DNA from: Amphiscolops sp. MND2022
Lineage: Eukaryota
Assembly: GCA_964187785.1 (NCBI GenBank)
Contig: OZ076420.1
Location: 28,892,001 to 28,956,000, forward strand
DNA: 64,000 nucleotides
Reading direction: 5' to 3'
The position numbers and the translations under genes were made by a program. Positions within the stretch are counted from its first letter, which is position 1, and each line of letters opens with the position of its first letter. Below are positions 38,385 through 50,300 of the stretch, piece by piece. The notes beneath the pieces were generated by a model that was not told where the DNA came from, made no database searches, and was given only the letters and a program-made list of their open reading frames with translations.

Positions 38385-39140
38385 GGGGTACGGAAAACTC
38401 AACACAAGAAAACTCAACACAGAAAACTCAACACAGAGTAAAAAACAGAAAACTCAACATAAAAAACTCAACACAAAAACTCAACACATTCAATTAACTT
38501 CAGTTAACACCTCAATTGAGTTTAATTTCCGGATTAAGCAATTCCCTAAATGTCGTAAACGGTTATATAAGAAACTTTAGGTCATACTTGAGTTGAAAAT
38601 TATGCAGTTCGCAAGTTCTGAGCAGTTTTCGAATCAGCAGTTTCGCTCTAATAGTTTTTCATAATAGGATGCAATGATAATCGGATTACACTTTTTGACA
38701 CAAACAAATTGACACAAGAATTGAAAACAAAAGTGAAACTGAATGTAGGGTGAAAATGACCATCTTTTGAACGGTTTTTCGTCAACTGAATTGTCGGGCT
38801 AGATAACTTCAAAGCTGAAAAAGTCAACGAAAATGAGAGAAAATCATCAGAATGTGCATCTCATTTTAATAACTTTGGCAAATACCGAATTTTGGCAAAT
38901 TTCATGCCGAATTTTGGAACGCTAACAAAACGTAAGTTCGATGTTAAATCTAGTGGAAGGTATATTGGGGCACGAAAACTCAACACTAGAAAATAGTAAA
39001 AAAAAATAGAATCTAACCTAAAATGTGCTGAGTTTTCTGTGTTGAGTTTTCGTGTATTGAGTTTTCCTGTGTTGAGTTTTCTGTGTTGAATTTTCTTGTG
39101 TTGAGTTTTCTTGTGTTGAGTTTTCGTGTGTTGAGTTTTC
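38385..39140. mobile_element. Foldback-like element with inverted arrays of a ~13-bp AAAACTCAACAC(A)G repeat
   Basis: About 7 copies of AAAACTCAACAC at 38394-38487 and about 8 copies of GTGTTGAGTTTT at 39025-39140. A second start GGGGCACGAAAACTCAACAC lies at ~38967. Confidence 0.8.
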
Positions 39141-39286
39141 TGGTAATCTAGTTATTGTATGATAATCAACAATTTGTTTTTATGAACATAAAATTCACAA
39201 AAAAAATAATTTCAAAGACCTGTGTCACAGATTGTTTCCCTACTTATCGTCTACTTATCTACAGAAAAGTGTTTCGACATTCTTAC

Positions 39287-39497
39287 TTGAGACCAAGAAA
39301 TGCGACGTTGAACAGAATCTGAGCGACGTAGAATAGCCAATTATTGCGACCACAGTAAGGCAGACTGAGTTCCATGGAATCACCCAGATGTAGGATTCCA
39401 GTGAGATGCACGAACCCATGTATCATGATGAGAATACACACCAGACAATTGACTACGGGCAGACGGGCTACGTGCCATGCCGTAAACCATGATTTAC
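39287..39497 (-). CDS. Internal exon with two hydrophobic helices (TM6/TM7-like) of a membrane protein
   Basis: Acceptor CTCCGTTTTGCTATAG|GT and strong donor AA|GTAAGA. The 211-nt frame is open: GKSWFTAWHVARLPVVNCLVCILIMIHGFVHLTGILHLGDSMELSLPYCGRNNWLFYVAQILFNVAFLGL. Confidence 0.7.
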
Positions 39498-39902
39498 CTA
39501 TAGCAAAACGGAGTAGAAGTGCCAAAACATGTTATAAATAGTCGAAAAGTTTTTTAAAGAAGAGCACGTCCATTTTCAACAAGCTTACGATAACCTTCTG
39601 AGAAAGCTTTCAGACTAATAAAAGCAGTCCCAGTTCCAGACGTCGGAAAACGTTTGGGGCTTAGCAGGTGTTTAGTTGTGTAAATTTTACCTTTCTGGTA
39701 CGTTTTTACAAGTGTGAGTTTTCTTCATATTAGTTTGTTATAGCTGGAGGTTTGCCTCTATTTCATTTAAAATTTAAAAACTTTTATTATTAACAATATT
39801 GTCTGAGATTTCAAAAATGTACCTTTCGAGCAAAAAACACGAAAACTAGTATGGAGAAATTTACTTGGGTTCAGTTTTGAAACAACTGTAGGTTCCAAGT
39901 AC

Positions 39903-40079
39903 CTCCCAAATCATCTCTAATTCCAAGTTTTTCCAGGAAGCAAGAGTATGGAAACGTTTCCTCCAAAATTGCAGCGTGAAAAGGTGAATATGTTTTGGAA
40001 CTCACTGAATACGAAGCACGACACTGGTATGTACTTGAGAGTGTTGGACAGTACAACCCCCTGAGGTAACACTCCTTCT
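39903..40079 (-). CDS. Internal exon upstream of the TM exon
   Basis: Pyrimidine-rich acceptor GTCTCTGTCTGCTTCTGTCAG| and donor GGAG|GTACTT. 177 nt, phase 1-1, compatible with the next exon. Encodes EKECYLRGLYCPTLSSTYQC...KLGIRDDLG. Confidence 0.55.
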
Positions 40080-40494
40080 CTGACAGAAGCAGACAGAGAC
40101 AGCACTGACGTAACCTTGAAGATATTGTTGATGTTCTGGAAAGCACTTTCTGTTCTCAGAGAAAACCGGTTGCTAGAACAGATAACGACGTTGAGAACAT
40201 TGTTGAAAATTTGAACGGAAACAGAAGCTGAAACTCTATGAACAAACTCGGATTAAAAACTTTCTAACTTTCAGAAATTTTCATTGCTCGTTTATTCATA
40301 GGAAAGCTATTTCACTCGTTCTACCGTTGGAACATTTTAGTATCGAAGCAATAAAATACCTTGCCCAAAAGGAAGACTATTTCGAAACAACATTTACAAA
40401 TTTTCTATGCAGGGTCTCTGAATCTTTTTCTCTTTTTTCGGAAAATTGATAAAACTTCCATAATTCATTTTCATGGTCAAAAGTTCGGTTTTTG

Positions 40495-41227
40495 TGTAAC
40501 GGAAGCCTGTGGTACAACGAGTTTTCAGAAAAATCGACCAAAAAAACGTTCAAATCCGACGTGGCAAATTGAGCATGTTTTGACCAAAGTACCTGTCAAA
40601 AATCAGTCCAGAAGACGAGGCAAGCCGCCCGCGGACACGACCGAACGGGAACACGGAGTGTAGAAGCCCATGCGCTAAAAAAACTCATGAATAGACTCTC
40701 CGGTTTTTACCGATTTTCAGCATTATGCTACCCAAAGTAGCAAGAACCGGGAAAATGCGTCTTTTCGCTAATTATCCCTTTTTGATGCTTGGAGCCCATG
40801 CGCCCCAGCTTGTAGCTGTGTGGTTGGCCATATTCATGCTTATTTTGATGTGTTTCTACTGTTTTTAGCTAGCCCATGCGCTAGTTTTCGCAGTTTAGAT
40901 CTTAGTACCCATTTTAGACCTTATTCACATGTCACCCTGGAATTTCACCCTGGAATGGAAATTTACACTGTTTATCCTTGGCATTGTTTTTAAAGGCTGT
41001 CTAGACGGTGGTTATGAAGAGAAAAAGCGTAATGCCGTTTATTGTGAGCAGTAACAGACTGGAACAGGCCGGAGAGCGTCCCTAGAGACGGTTCCCCCCT
41101 CCTCGGGACCGGCTTCCGTAGGAGGACAAAATGGGCTGGCGTAATGGTGATTGGTCCCGAATCTTAATACATGGCATCAATTCCTCCACCCTGTGTAGCG
41201 AACAAACGCTAAGCGCTTTTCATTACA
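40495..41227 (+). repeat. 5' LTR (733 bp)
   Basis: TG...CA termini. Direct repeat of 47401-48149. Confidence 0.9.
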
Positions 41228-41243
41228 TAGGAACATCATTTTT

Positions 41244-41263
41244 TGGCGATCACAGAGGGATCG
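41244..41263 (+). promoter_or_regulatory. Candidate primer-binding site complementary to tRNA-Arg 3' end
   Basis: TGGCGATCACAGAGGGATCG resembles the reverse complement of recalled eukaryotic tRNA-Arg(UCG) 3' ends (TGGCGACCACGAAGGGACTCG). It lies 16 nt downstream of the LTR, farther than usual. Confidence 0.55.
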
Positions 41264-44200
41264 TCTTTGGGAAGCTTTCCTTCATGGTTTTATAATTTCC
41301 GACCCTCTGGTGTTTGACGCCAAGAACGATTTGGCTCTGGAAGGAGACGTTTAACCAGAGTTGTTCCATGTTTTTCAGATGATATGATGTTATATTCTGG
41401 TGTTTTTCCAATCTTTCACGGGATTTTTCCGAATACCTGTGGTATGTTCTTGTAAAAGGTATTTGTTGACAGGTATGGTCTAAAATTGCACGTTTCCATC
41501 AGCGGGTACCTTTGTAATGGCTTAGCGAACCACTAGAAAGCCGTTACGCATGTTGTAACAGGTGTTTTACAGCTCATTTCAGCGTTTTTGGCTATGTATG
41601 AGGTATTCAATTGATGGATGCGCCATATTCCATCTGACTGATAGATGAGCTGAAACGAGTGTTCCTCACTCTCCTTTCCCATTTCTGCTACAGACGTCAT
41701 AGAAAGATGGAATTTGGTGGAAAGGTAGAACAAGTGTTGTTGTTGCCCACGACGGTTCAAACCGTTTCTCTCTAGCTGGTCTGGGTGTTGAGAAAAAAGA
41801 CGGCAAAGGTACCATTCCTCATTCCGGAAGAATCAATTTGTTGGAGTATGGTATGAAAAATTTTTTTCGATTGGGTAATTTTTGATGGGGAATCATTTGT
41901 TTATGCTAGTTTTCCCCTGTTGCAACCTAGTGTGTGCTTTTACAACCGTTTTGAGTGAGAAAAGTCCGATTTTGGGTGCAAAAATAGCAAATACGTCAAT
42001 TTTGGCATTTTTGAGTGTTTTTCTTGGTACGAGCCTAGGCGCTCTAGATTTTTATCACAGAAGTTGAAAAAATGGATAGAAAGCAGCTCAAAACCTCTAG
42101 GGTACTGTTACATAATGTAAAGATCACCAAAAAAGCCGTTGGAGTCCTTTTTAGGGACGCATTTTGTATGGAAAACCCGGTTTTTGGTAAAATTGGCAAA
42201 AAACCTCCAACAAATGCTACTGGGAGATGATGCCAGATAGTAATGTAATCGCCTCATCTATGCTGCTATTAGCATACTCCACGGTACCAAAAAGAGGATT
42301 TAGAAAAGTTTGTAACATTTTCTTAGTGATCACAGGTCGGAAAACCTTGATTTTTGGCCAGTTTCAGGAGTGCCATAAGGGATAATTAAAACCTCAAGGG
42401 CATTTAGTGTTTTCGAGTCCTGGGATCCTATGCGCTCTCATTTTCTGTTTTTAAAATAAAAATAACGCATAGTGGTGAAAAGCGCGTGCAAAAACTCCCA
42501 TTCAATGCTGAGAAAAGTGGAAAAACGCACTGAATTTGATCAAGTTTCCACAAAACCGGACTGTCCAAGTGTTAGTGTTGGGTCATAAATCCCCGAACCC
42601 TAGCCAAAAAGTGGTTGCATTTTCGCAATCACCACTGAAATAAACGCTCGCACCGAAAATTTGGTGGACCTTGCAATTTTCTAAAACTGCAGGACCGACA
42701 CGGCTTGTGGCAGTACTGTGACTAGTGGGGAACGAGTTAACCCCACTGACACTGCCGTAACATTTGTAGCGTTGACCCTCTTAGCCGATTTGTGAAAAAA
42801 GCGTCAAAAAAGACCGTTTTTTTCTAAGATCGTGTCCACGCCTAGCCCAAGTTCCCGGTAAACTCGAGAGCTTCCATTGAGCTGTGATACCAGCATTGTG
42901 GGTGCCCACTGGGAGCGTGTATCAAGTTCCGTGCCGATCGGTGCAGTATTCGTTGAGAAATTGACGGAAACGTACTGCACAAAAACGGGTGCAAAAAGGT
43001 TAATTTTTCAATATTTTTTGGAAGTGCCCGAACACCTTAGCCGAAGGGTGAGGACAAATCGTTGCTCACTAACATAACTGATACTAGTTAGTGCATTGCT
43101 AGCAAAGAAACCAGACCGCTGACTGCAACCAGTGCTCAGAAATTGTGTGATTAGAGTGCATTTTGACCCCTACTGATACACAGGAGTACCGCACATCTGT
43201 ACCCAGAGAAAAGTGTGTACAGGTCACGGAACCCAAATCGGCGTTCACTATTGTGTACCTACGTAACTTTAAGGTCACTTGGTCAATTTTGAGCCAGATC
43301 CGACTGCTGAGTGACGAATCCGAGCAACTTGTGTTTTTTTTGTACTCTCCGAGAAAGTTCAAAATTTGTTGTAAACGTCGCGTGCTTGTCTCAGAGAACG
43401 TGTTACTCAGAACCAAACTCATTTTCTGGACCTGTGGGTTGGTATCAATTGCGTGAGTGTGTTTGAACTCGCTCCGATCCATAGAAGAGATTTCGACTAT
43501 TTTCAGACGTGCATATCGTGATTCTGGTTTAAGATTTCACCGAGACGAAAATTGGGAAAGTGGGGTTAAACCCAGCCATACGTGTTAGAAACCCGAAGAA
43601 AACCCCCTTGTCAGAACTCTTGGTCGTGAATTCATTGCTATACGTGCGATTCGTGGTCAGCATTGACTGTGCTGCTTTGCTGGGACATAGCATTTTGTTA
43701 CTTACAGTCGCGATATCCTGTGTATTGTAACGAATTGGACCATTTTTGGGAGTTATCGGCGCACCTCATCGGAAAGTTGGGACCACATTGCTCTGGACCA
43801 TTGTTGTCAGTGTCCTTTGGTGCACCGTTGCTGAAAAGGTGAGCTCGAGAGCTCAGCATTCTGGACGAGAGTCATTGATTGCACACTGAAAAATCGTATC
43901 AGTTGAGACACGTCGATACGGAAAGCCTGTACCCTGTCTGAAACTGATCCAATAGTCTGAGACCCCATCGGTGCTTACTGCAGTGCACCTGGTTATACGA
44001 GGGACCACGTGGCTATTTTTTGAGCCCGATCCTACGTTTCCACTCTTAGCACGAGCCGCTTGAGTAATTTTCAAAAAAGTTGAAAATTTCAAAAAATTGG
44101 TTAAAAAGCCTCTAGCTTGTATCTGGAAGTATTTATCAGCTTTGTCAGGTCATTTTTCCAATTTGTGTGACTGAACAAACACGCTGGCAGTTTTCACCCA

Positions 44201-45069
44201 GTACACTTGATAGAACTGAGTTTGACTGTGCTCAGAGTCACGTTTGGGCCAAAATCCCGAAAAACCGTCGGAAAAACGAAAACATAAAAGCTTAGTACTC
44301 CCTCTGTACGGAAGGCAGAGACCAAAAGCCTTCATTTTCAACCAAGGGGACCTGGTAGGTTTTCCTGGGTGCAAACGAGGCAAATCCCAAGACTCAAAAA
44401 CATTGACGGCAGGGGTCATAAATTTGACTCAACTGAAACTTTGAAATTTGGTTCTGATAAAGTCTCAATCGGAGGTTTTAATTGATTGCGACGCACTTCC
44501 GACTGACTTTTTTCATCGAGAACGTCTCAACAAGGCGTTACGCCGTGAGCCCAAACAGGGGTTTGAATTTCCTGAAACTACCCTGAGGGATCCAACTTAA
44601 CCAAAATCACGAGATTTTGAGAGGAATCACCTCCTAGAGACAAATATTTAACCAAGTTGCCCAAGTGTGAACCCTTTTTGACCACTCTGGTGCCCTAATT
44701 CGGAGTTTTTCGGCTATGCCAGGTAAAAAAAACACCGATTAACAGGTCACTTCTGCAGAGAACACTTTTGGGTGATTGCAACACACCCAAATTGCTTGAG
44801 GTTGAGAGGTCAATAGACAGCTCGACTGTTTGTTTCGTGTACACTATCCGACACGACAGCATCATTGTGCTCGAACGCACAATTTCTCAGCCTTCGAACT
44901 CATCTTGACTGTGACCCTGAGACTAATTTTGGGTCAAAAAGAGTTCTAGTCAGGCAGTTTGAACTTATCTGAAGCTGGAATGAAATTGTGGAAGGTCATA
45001 GACAGCTTCTGTTCCTTTTTCAAGGGGTAAGAGGGTGTCAGTGCAGCACTACCAATCGCTGAACCTGTT

Positions 45070-46299
45070 TTGAAAACAGAATGTGAATCTCAAATGGTAG
45101 ATGAACATGACCGATCGACGAAGTTAGAGGATCTGAACTTGGAAGATTGGCCTTTGGAGGATAGTTTCAAACTTGTCTCCGATTTTCTAGTTTCAATGCC
45201 ATTTAACTCTCAGGATACCGAGCCGGAGATGAGCATAAAGACTTCCAGTCCTAGTTCAGTATCGTCGTCGAAAGGATTCTCTCTCCATGAAACCAGTATT
45301 CAGATTTATCAGAAACAGGACCAACGGTTAGAGGCCCTGGAGCAGCAGATGGATGATTTATCAATCTTGTTGACACAAAGCGATCTACGCAGAGAGAAAT
45401 TGCTAGCTCGAGCGCAAGCGCAATTGCAGTCGATAAGTGTAGCAGTACACTTCGAAAGTGCTACTATCAATATTCCAAACGACTCCGAAGGAGAACCAAT
45501 GACACCGTCTACAAAAGATATGGGGGTAGACCCAATGTTTTTAGACACGACAACCATGGGCATTGCTGATACGTTACCCATTTATCATCTTGCTGATTAT
45601 GGATTGCTCGAGGGCAATCCCTGCACAACAGATTAAGAAGATGAACTGATAACAACCTTTCCCTCCACTTCATCATTGAAGGGGGAGAGGGTACCCTCAA
45701 CTCCAAATTCTTGCTCTGCAACAAATTGCGGAACGCGGAATCTATCTGCCAATGCCGTGTTGGAACCTGAAACAGCACCAACACCAAACCTTTTTGAAAA
45801 CCACATATCGACAAGTCCAATAAATTCGGTTTGCAACTCTCACTTTCCTGGAACAAAGTCCCCATTATCAATTTCGAAGTTGCTGCTGGATTTGTTGAAA
45901 GAATCTATTGTGCCACATTCTGCCAAACATGGTCTGCAGAATATTATTTTGGCAAACCCACCAATCTTCGTCAGAGGCTTGCCTGGTGGTTCAGCTAAAA
46001 CCCGACCAGCTGGACACAGACGTGGTCGACCACCGCGCACTTCCGGTGAACACTCATTGCAAACAGTGCTCCTATCTTTTTATGACGGACGTCGTCATGG
46101 TCGTCCACCACGCTCGGCTGCGGAAAACCTTCTACTGTCATGGTCACACCAACCGAAGGGACATAGGCGTGGCCGCCCGCCGAATAACTATCCAAGATTG
46201 TGTTCAAGACCCAATTTATCGTTCTGCATTTTGGGTATTGGGCATTTTTTTTGTCTAATTCCTGCTATCCTCTTATCAAGGAGGGTGCTCAACGATTAA
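45070..46299 (+). pseudogene. Element-encoded coiled-coil + 3x AT-hook-like protein, one internal stop
   Basis: ORFs 45070-45636 and 45676-46299 are in the same frame, separated only by TAA at 45634-45636. Heptad region QKQDQRLEALEQQMDDLSILL. Motifs HRRGRPPR, RRHGRPPR and HRRGRPPN. The frame continues upstream past a TAA at 45028. Confidence 0.8.
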
Positions 46300-47400
46300 A
46301 ACCCGGGGAGTCAACTAAGGCCCGGGGAGCCTCAGTGGAGGATAACAACACACCTATACTCCACAATTATGCTGGACAATTCCCAGAGAATATCACAACG
46401 TTTGGTAATGGACACCTTGCAACGTGATGTTCTTTTTCGAGTAGTTATTTCTGCAACTTTACTTCGTAACTTTAGTAGTCATGTGAACGTACGTCGCGAC
46501 ATTTTTGTTTCAAGTTTTATTTGAGAAGTTTGAGTTCAAATACTTCTGTTAATTCAATGAGTAACCCAGAAACTCTAAAAACTCAACATGTATTGTTTCG
46601 CCCAAAAGGTGCTATTTTTGTTTGTGCATAAAAATTTTCCCAAGGTTTTCAGTTTTTCCTCCAAGTTTCAACGTGACACTCAAAGGTTGTGGAGCTCGCG
46701 CGCTCCAAATATCTTAATTGCTGGATTTTGTCTACTCTGGCCTACTTCATTCCAGTGCTTACACTCGCGAGCAGTACGTAGTTTGCTTACACGCAGCTTA
46801 ACCGATGCTACTGAACTCTTTTAGATATGGAGCTTCACATGAGTGCGTGTTGCACGAACCAAGCCAAACTGTGAAGAAAAAGTATCGAAAAAGCTTGTTT
46901 TCTTTTTAAACAGTGGTTTTTCTGCTGAAAGGAGGTTTTACCGAGAACATCTTTTAACTTTCTGGAAACTGGATTTTTACTGCCGTGGAAAAGAAGTTTT
47001 CCATGAGAACCACGTGCGTTTTGGAGCCTGAGGGCTCCGACAAAAAAATTTTAGACGTCCAAACAACCATTGTGCTAGAAAGATCCTATTCAAATTTGAT
47101 GCAAAAAAACTTGTGCTAACAAATTGGTGCTTTTTTTGGATTTGATCAATTTTAAGGTGCATTTTTGAGTACTTTTTTCTAACTCGAGGGCTAGCTCTGT
47201 TTCAACAGTTTGTGGACGATGCAGGTTCCTGGATTGCAAGAAGCAAGACCTCAAGGTGACCTAATCAGTGAAAAATGACAGTGCCACTAGACCCTTGCAA
47301 AAAAACATCAGTTTGAACTCCCAGTGGAATGCAATGATGTGGAGATGTTTCCAGCTTCTCCACATGACAGGGACGTCATGCCTAAGACCCGGGGAGTGGA

Positions 47401-48149
47401 TGTAACGGAAGCCTGTGGTACAACGAGTTTTCAGAAAAATCGACCAAAAATTCGTTCAAATCTGACGTGGCAAATTGAGCATGTTTTGGCCAAAGTACCT
47501 GTCAAAAATCAGTTCAGAAGACGAAGCAAGCCGCCCGCTTACACGACCGAACGGGAACACGGAGTTTAGAAGCCCATGCGCTAAAAAAACTCATAAATAG
47601 ACTCTTTTTGAGGTGCTAACTCCGGTTTTTACCGATTTTAAGCATTATGCTACCCAAAGTAGCAAGAACCGGGAAAATGCGTCTTTTCGCCTAATTATCC
47701 TTTTTTGGTGCTTGGAGCCCATGCGCCCCAGCTTGTAGCTGTGTGGTTGGACATATTCGTGCTTATTTTGATGTGTTTCTACTGTTTTTAGCTAGCCCAT
47801 GTGCTAGTTTTCGCAGTTTAGATTTTAGTACCCATTTTAGACCTTATTCACATGTCACCCTGGACTTTCACCCTGGAATGGAAATTTACACTGTTTATCC
47901 TTGGCATTGTTTTTAAAGGCTGTCTAGACGGTGGTTATGAAGAGAAAAAGCATAATGCCCGTTATTCTCAGCAGTAACAGACTGGAACAGGCCGGAGAGC
48001 GTCCCTAGAGACGGTTCCCCCTCCTCGGGACCGGCTTCCTTAGGAGGACAAAATGGGCTGGCGTTATGGTGATTGGTCCCGAATCTTAATCCATGGCATC
48101 AATTCCTCCACCCTGTGTAGCGAACAAACGCTAAGCGCTTTTCATTACA
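47401..48149 (+). repeat. 3' LTR (749 bp) preceded by polypurine tract
   Basis: GGGGAGTGGA|TGTAAC...CATTACA. Carries ~16 bp extra relative to the 5' LTR. Confidence 0.9.
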
Positions 48150-48572
48150 TTGTTTCTGTTCCAGCCTATTCACGTTTTGGTGATTTTTCTCCCAGAAAAG
48201 AGTTAACAACGGTGAAAACACTGAGTAATCCAAGTAATTCATTTGTGATCACCATGTTTTCCATCACATCCCCACCGGTAGCAATGACACATTTTCATTT
48301 TGCGATGGCTATGGGTGGACCACCGGTGGGCTAGTAACGCAAACAATGCAAAAACATTGAGGCGAATCTGTAGTCCATTTGTTCAACATTCTAAAAGTTT
48401 ACCCATCAATCATCTGCGATTGACATTTGTTTGTTTTGACTAAGATCTATTTGCTTTACAACAATGCCTACCGATGGCCATCGGTAGAAAAAGTATCGAA
48501 AGTGGCAGATGGTTTTCCACCGATAGCCATTAATGGTTCATAGATGGACATTTATAAAATTGCCCTGGAATG

Positions 48573-48739
48573 TCAAAATAATCTGGAAGCTAACGGTCCC
48601 GTCGTTGAGAAGGCACTCTCTGGTTTGTTGGGCTTGGTTTGCTGTTTCTTGGGTCTCCTCTTAACTTCTTCAGAGAATGTCACTTCCTCTTGTATCTCAA
48701 AATGCGCATTTCGAGAAACACCGTTTTGAACAACATTCG
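48573..48739 (-). CDS. Candidate (alternative) terminal exon
   Basis: Acceptor TTCCTTGGTTTTAG|CG is phase 1, compatible with the donor at 49288. Open for 55 codons (ANVVQNGVSRNAHFEIQEEVTFSEEVKRRPKK...LASRLF*). Confidence 0.35.
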
Positions 48740-49287
48740 CTAAAACCAAGGAACGAATTAGCGATCATGAGAAATCCTTGTTTCAATTTGGCACGAAACA
48801 TTTGTTTCAATTGTGTTGAAAATTGAATGAAGTATGAACAGCTAAAATCCTAAGATCTAGTAAAGAATTGATATTTGTTAAGTCTCTCTTGATTTATTTC
48901 ATACAACCTTGAATGTTTTGGGCTCAATTATTCAGATAAGTGCATACAAAATTGAAACAAAAACTAGGTAATTCCAGCAAAAACGTTTTTCCTCAGAGCT
49001 CATTAATTAGAAGAATTTATCACAATACAGATTAAATTCACAAAAAAATATTTTCCAAAACTTCAGAAATAGCAGGTTTTATAAAGTTGTAATTGAAAAC
49101 AGCTACTTCGAATTCATCAATTGAGTTCTGTCGACTGATAATTTTGACGACAGGGCTTTCAATGAGAGCTAGAAGGAGTTGCAGACAATTACAACAGCAA
49201 CAGTTAACAAATGATTCGAGTCAAAAACGTATATTTTGCAATGAAGATTTCCAATTTTTGATATCCAATACCATCTTAATTAGTTAC

Positions 49288-49520
49288 CTGCCTCTATCGG
49301 CTGCTGTGTTTGTGAGACTGAAATGTTTGAGACACAACTCTCATAACTGGTTTGAGAATGGTACATGGAGTGTGATTCCTCTTCAACCAATTTTAGACCA
49401 CTCGACTGAGGGGGCTGTGGTTGTTGTCGTTGTCGATGCTGTTGCTGCTGCAGCTCTTGTTCTTCTTGTTCTACACTGCTCACCGTAATTGATGGTATAT
49501 TTTCTTGTTTCACGTTTTCC
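49288..49520 (-). CDS. Q/S/E-rich low-complexity internal exon
   Basis: Acceptor TATTTATCAG|G and donor GCAG|GTAACT. 233 nt open: ENVKQENIPSITVSSVEQEEQELQQQQHRQRQQPQPPQSS...QTQQPIEA. Confidence 0.6.
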
Positions 49521-50300
49521 CTGATAAATATTATGTCATTGTTTTTCGTTTTCTTTAGAGAAGGAAAAAATTAGTTTGAGCACAAGATTTTTAAACCAAT
49601 TCTGGTAATAGCTACTGAATGCTAGTGGAAACCTGAGAAATACTTTCCAGTTGGCCTGGAGGTTACCGTTACTTTCTCTGCTTCGTGATGGGGCATTGGA
49701 AGCCGGCGAATCTGGGTTAGAGTCCCATGCGAAACAAAAGTTTTTTAATACTGGCAAAGTCCCTTGATCCTCATTTTGGGGTTTTCCGCAATGTGCGACT
49801 GCATTTCCGAAACTTTTCAATTTACCAAACGGTCCTTTTAAAACTTTGATTTCAACAAGAGAAAAGGTTTTGCCATCTTTTCACCCACAGCTTTGGGTTG
49901 TGTGATGTTTTCAGTTTCTCAAGTCTCAGTGGTGATTTTTTCAGTAAATCTTCGGCAGTGTGGGGTTGATAAGAGTCTTCGTAATGAATGCTCTTGAAAA
50001 TGATCGAAATATTTTGCTCTGATCGAGCTCTTTCCGGGTTGTTTTTTTCTCCAAGAAAATGCATTCTTCAAGCCTAAAAATTTCTTACTATTTTGTTTTC
50101 GGCATTGTGCGACTGCTTAACAAAAACAAAAAAAGATTACAACATTTCCTAAAAATTTTTTCCGCTACTTTGAAGTTTTCAACGTTGAGTCAGGGAAACG
50201 TCAACTTTCACAGTTACCTTCAGTTCTAAAGTTCATCCTGGGCGCCGAGTCTTATTTTTTTGAGCAATTCAAAAAACTAAATGAGATCAAATGTCACCCT

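Larger units (their letters stand above)
40495..48149 (+). mobile_element. 7.65-kb LTR retroelement with no recognisable gag/pol (LARD-like), carrying one coiled-coil/AT-hook ORF
   Basis: Two direct LTRs TGTAAC...TTACA (40495-41227 and 47401-48149, ~95% identical by eye). PPT GGGGAGTGGA at 47391-47400. PBS-like TGGCGATCACAGAGGGATCG at 41244-41263. Flanks TTTG| and |TTGT give an imperfect TSD. No RT, RNase H, integrase or CCHC motif was seen in any frame. Confidence 0.88.

Noticed and set aside
40600-40640. RRRGKPP peptide encoded in the LTR U3, resembling a fourth AT-hook
   Set aside because: Not conserved in the divergent LTR at 60962-61734 and altered to RRRSKPP in the 3' LTR. Probably chance.
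48165-48334. Plus-strand FN3-like exon (AYSRFGDFSPRKELTTVKTL) directly after the 3' LTR
   Set aside because: There is a plausible acceptor, but no phase-compatible partner exon was found and it is antisense to better-supported exons. The similarity is too short.
49105-49168. Small exon ALIESPVVKIISRQNSIDEFE
   Set aside because: Good phase-1 acceptor, but the only apparent donor is phase 0 and fits no downstream acceptor identified. Left unannotated.
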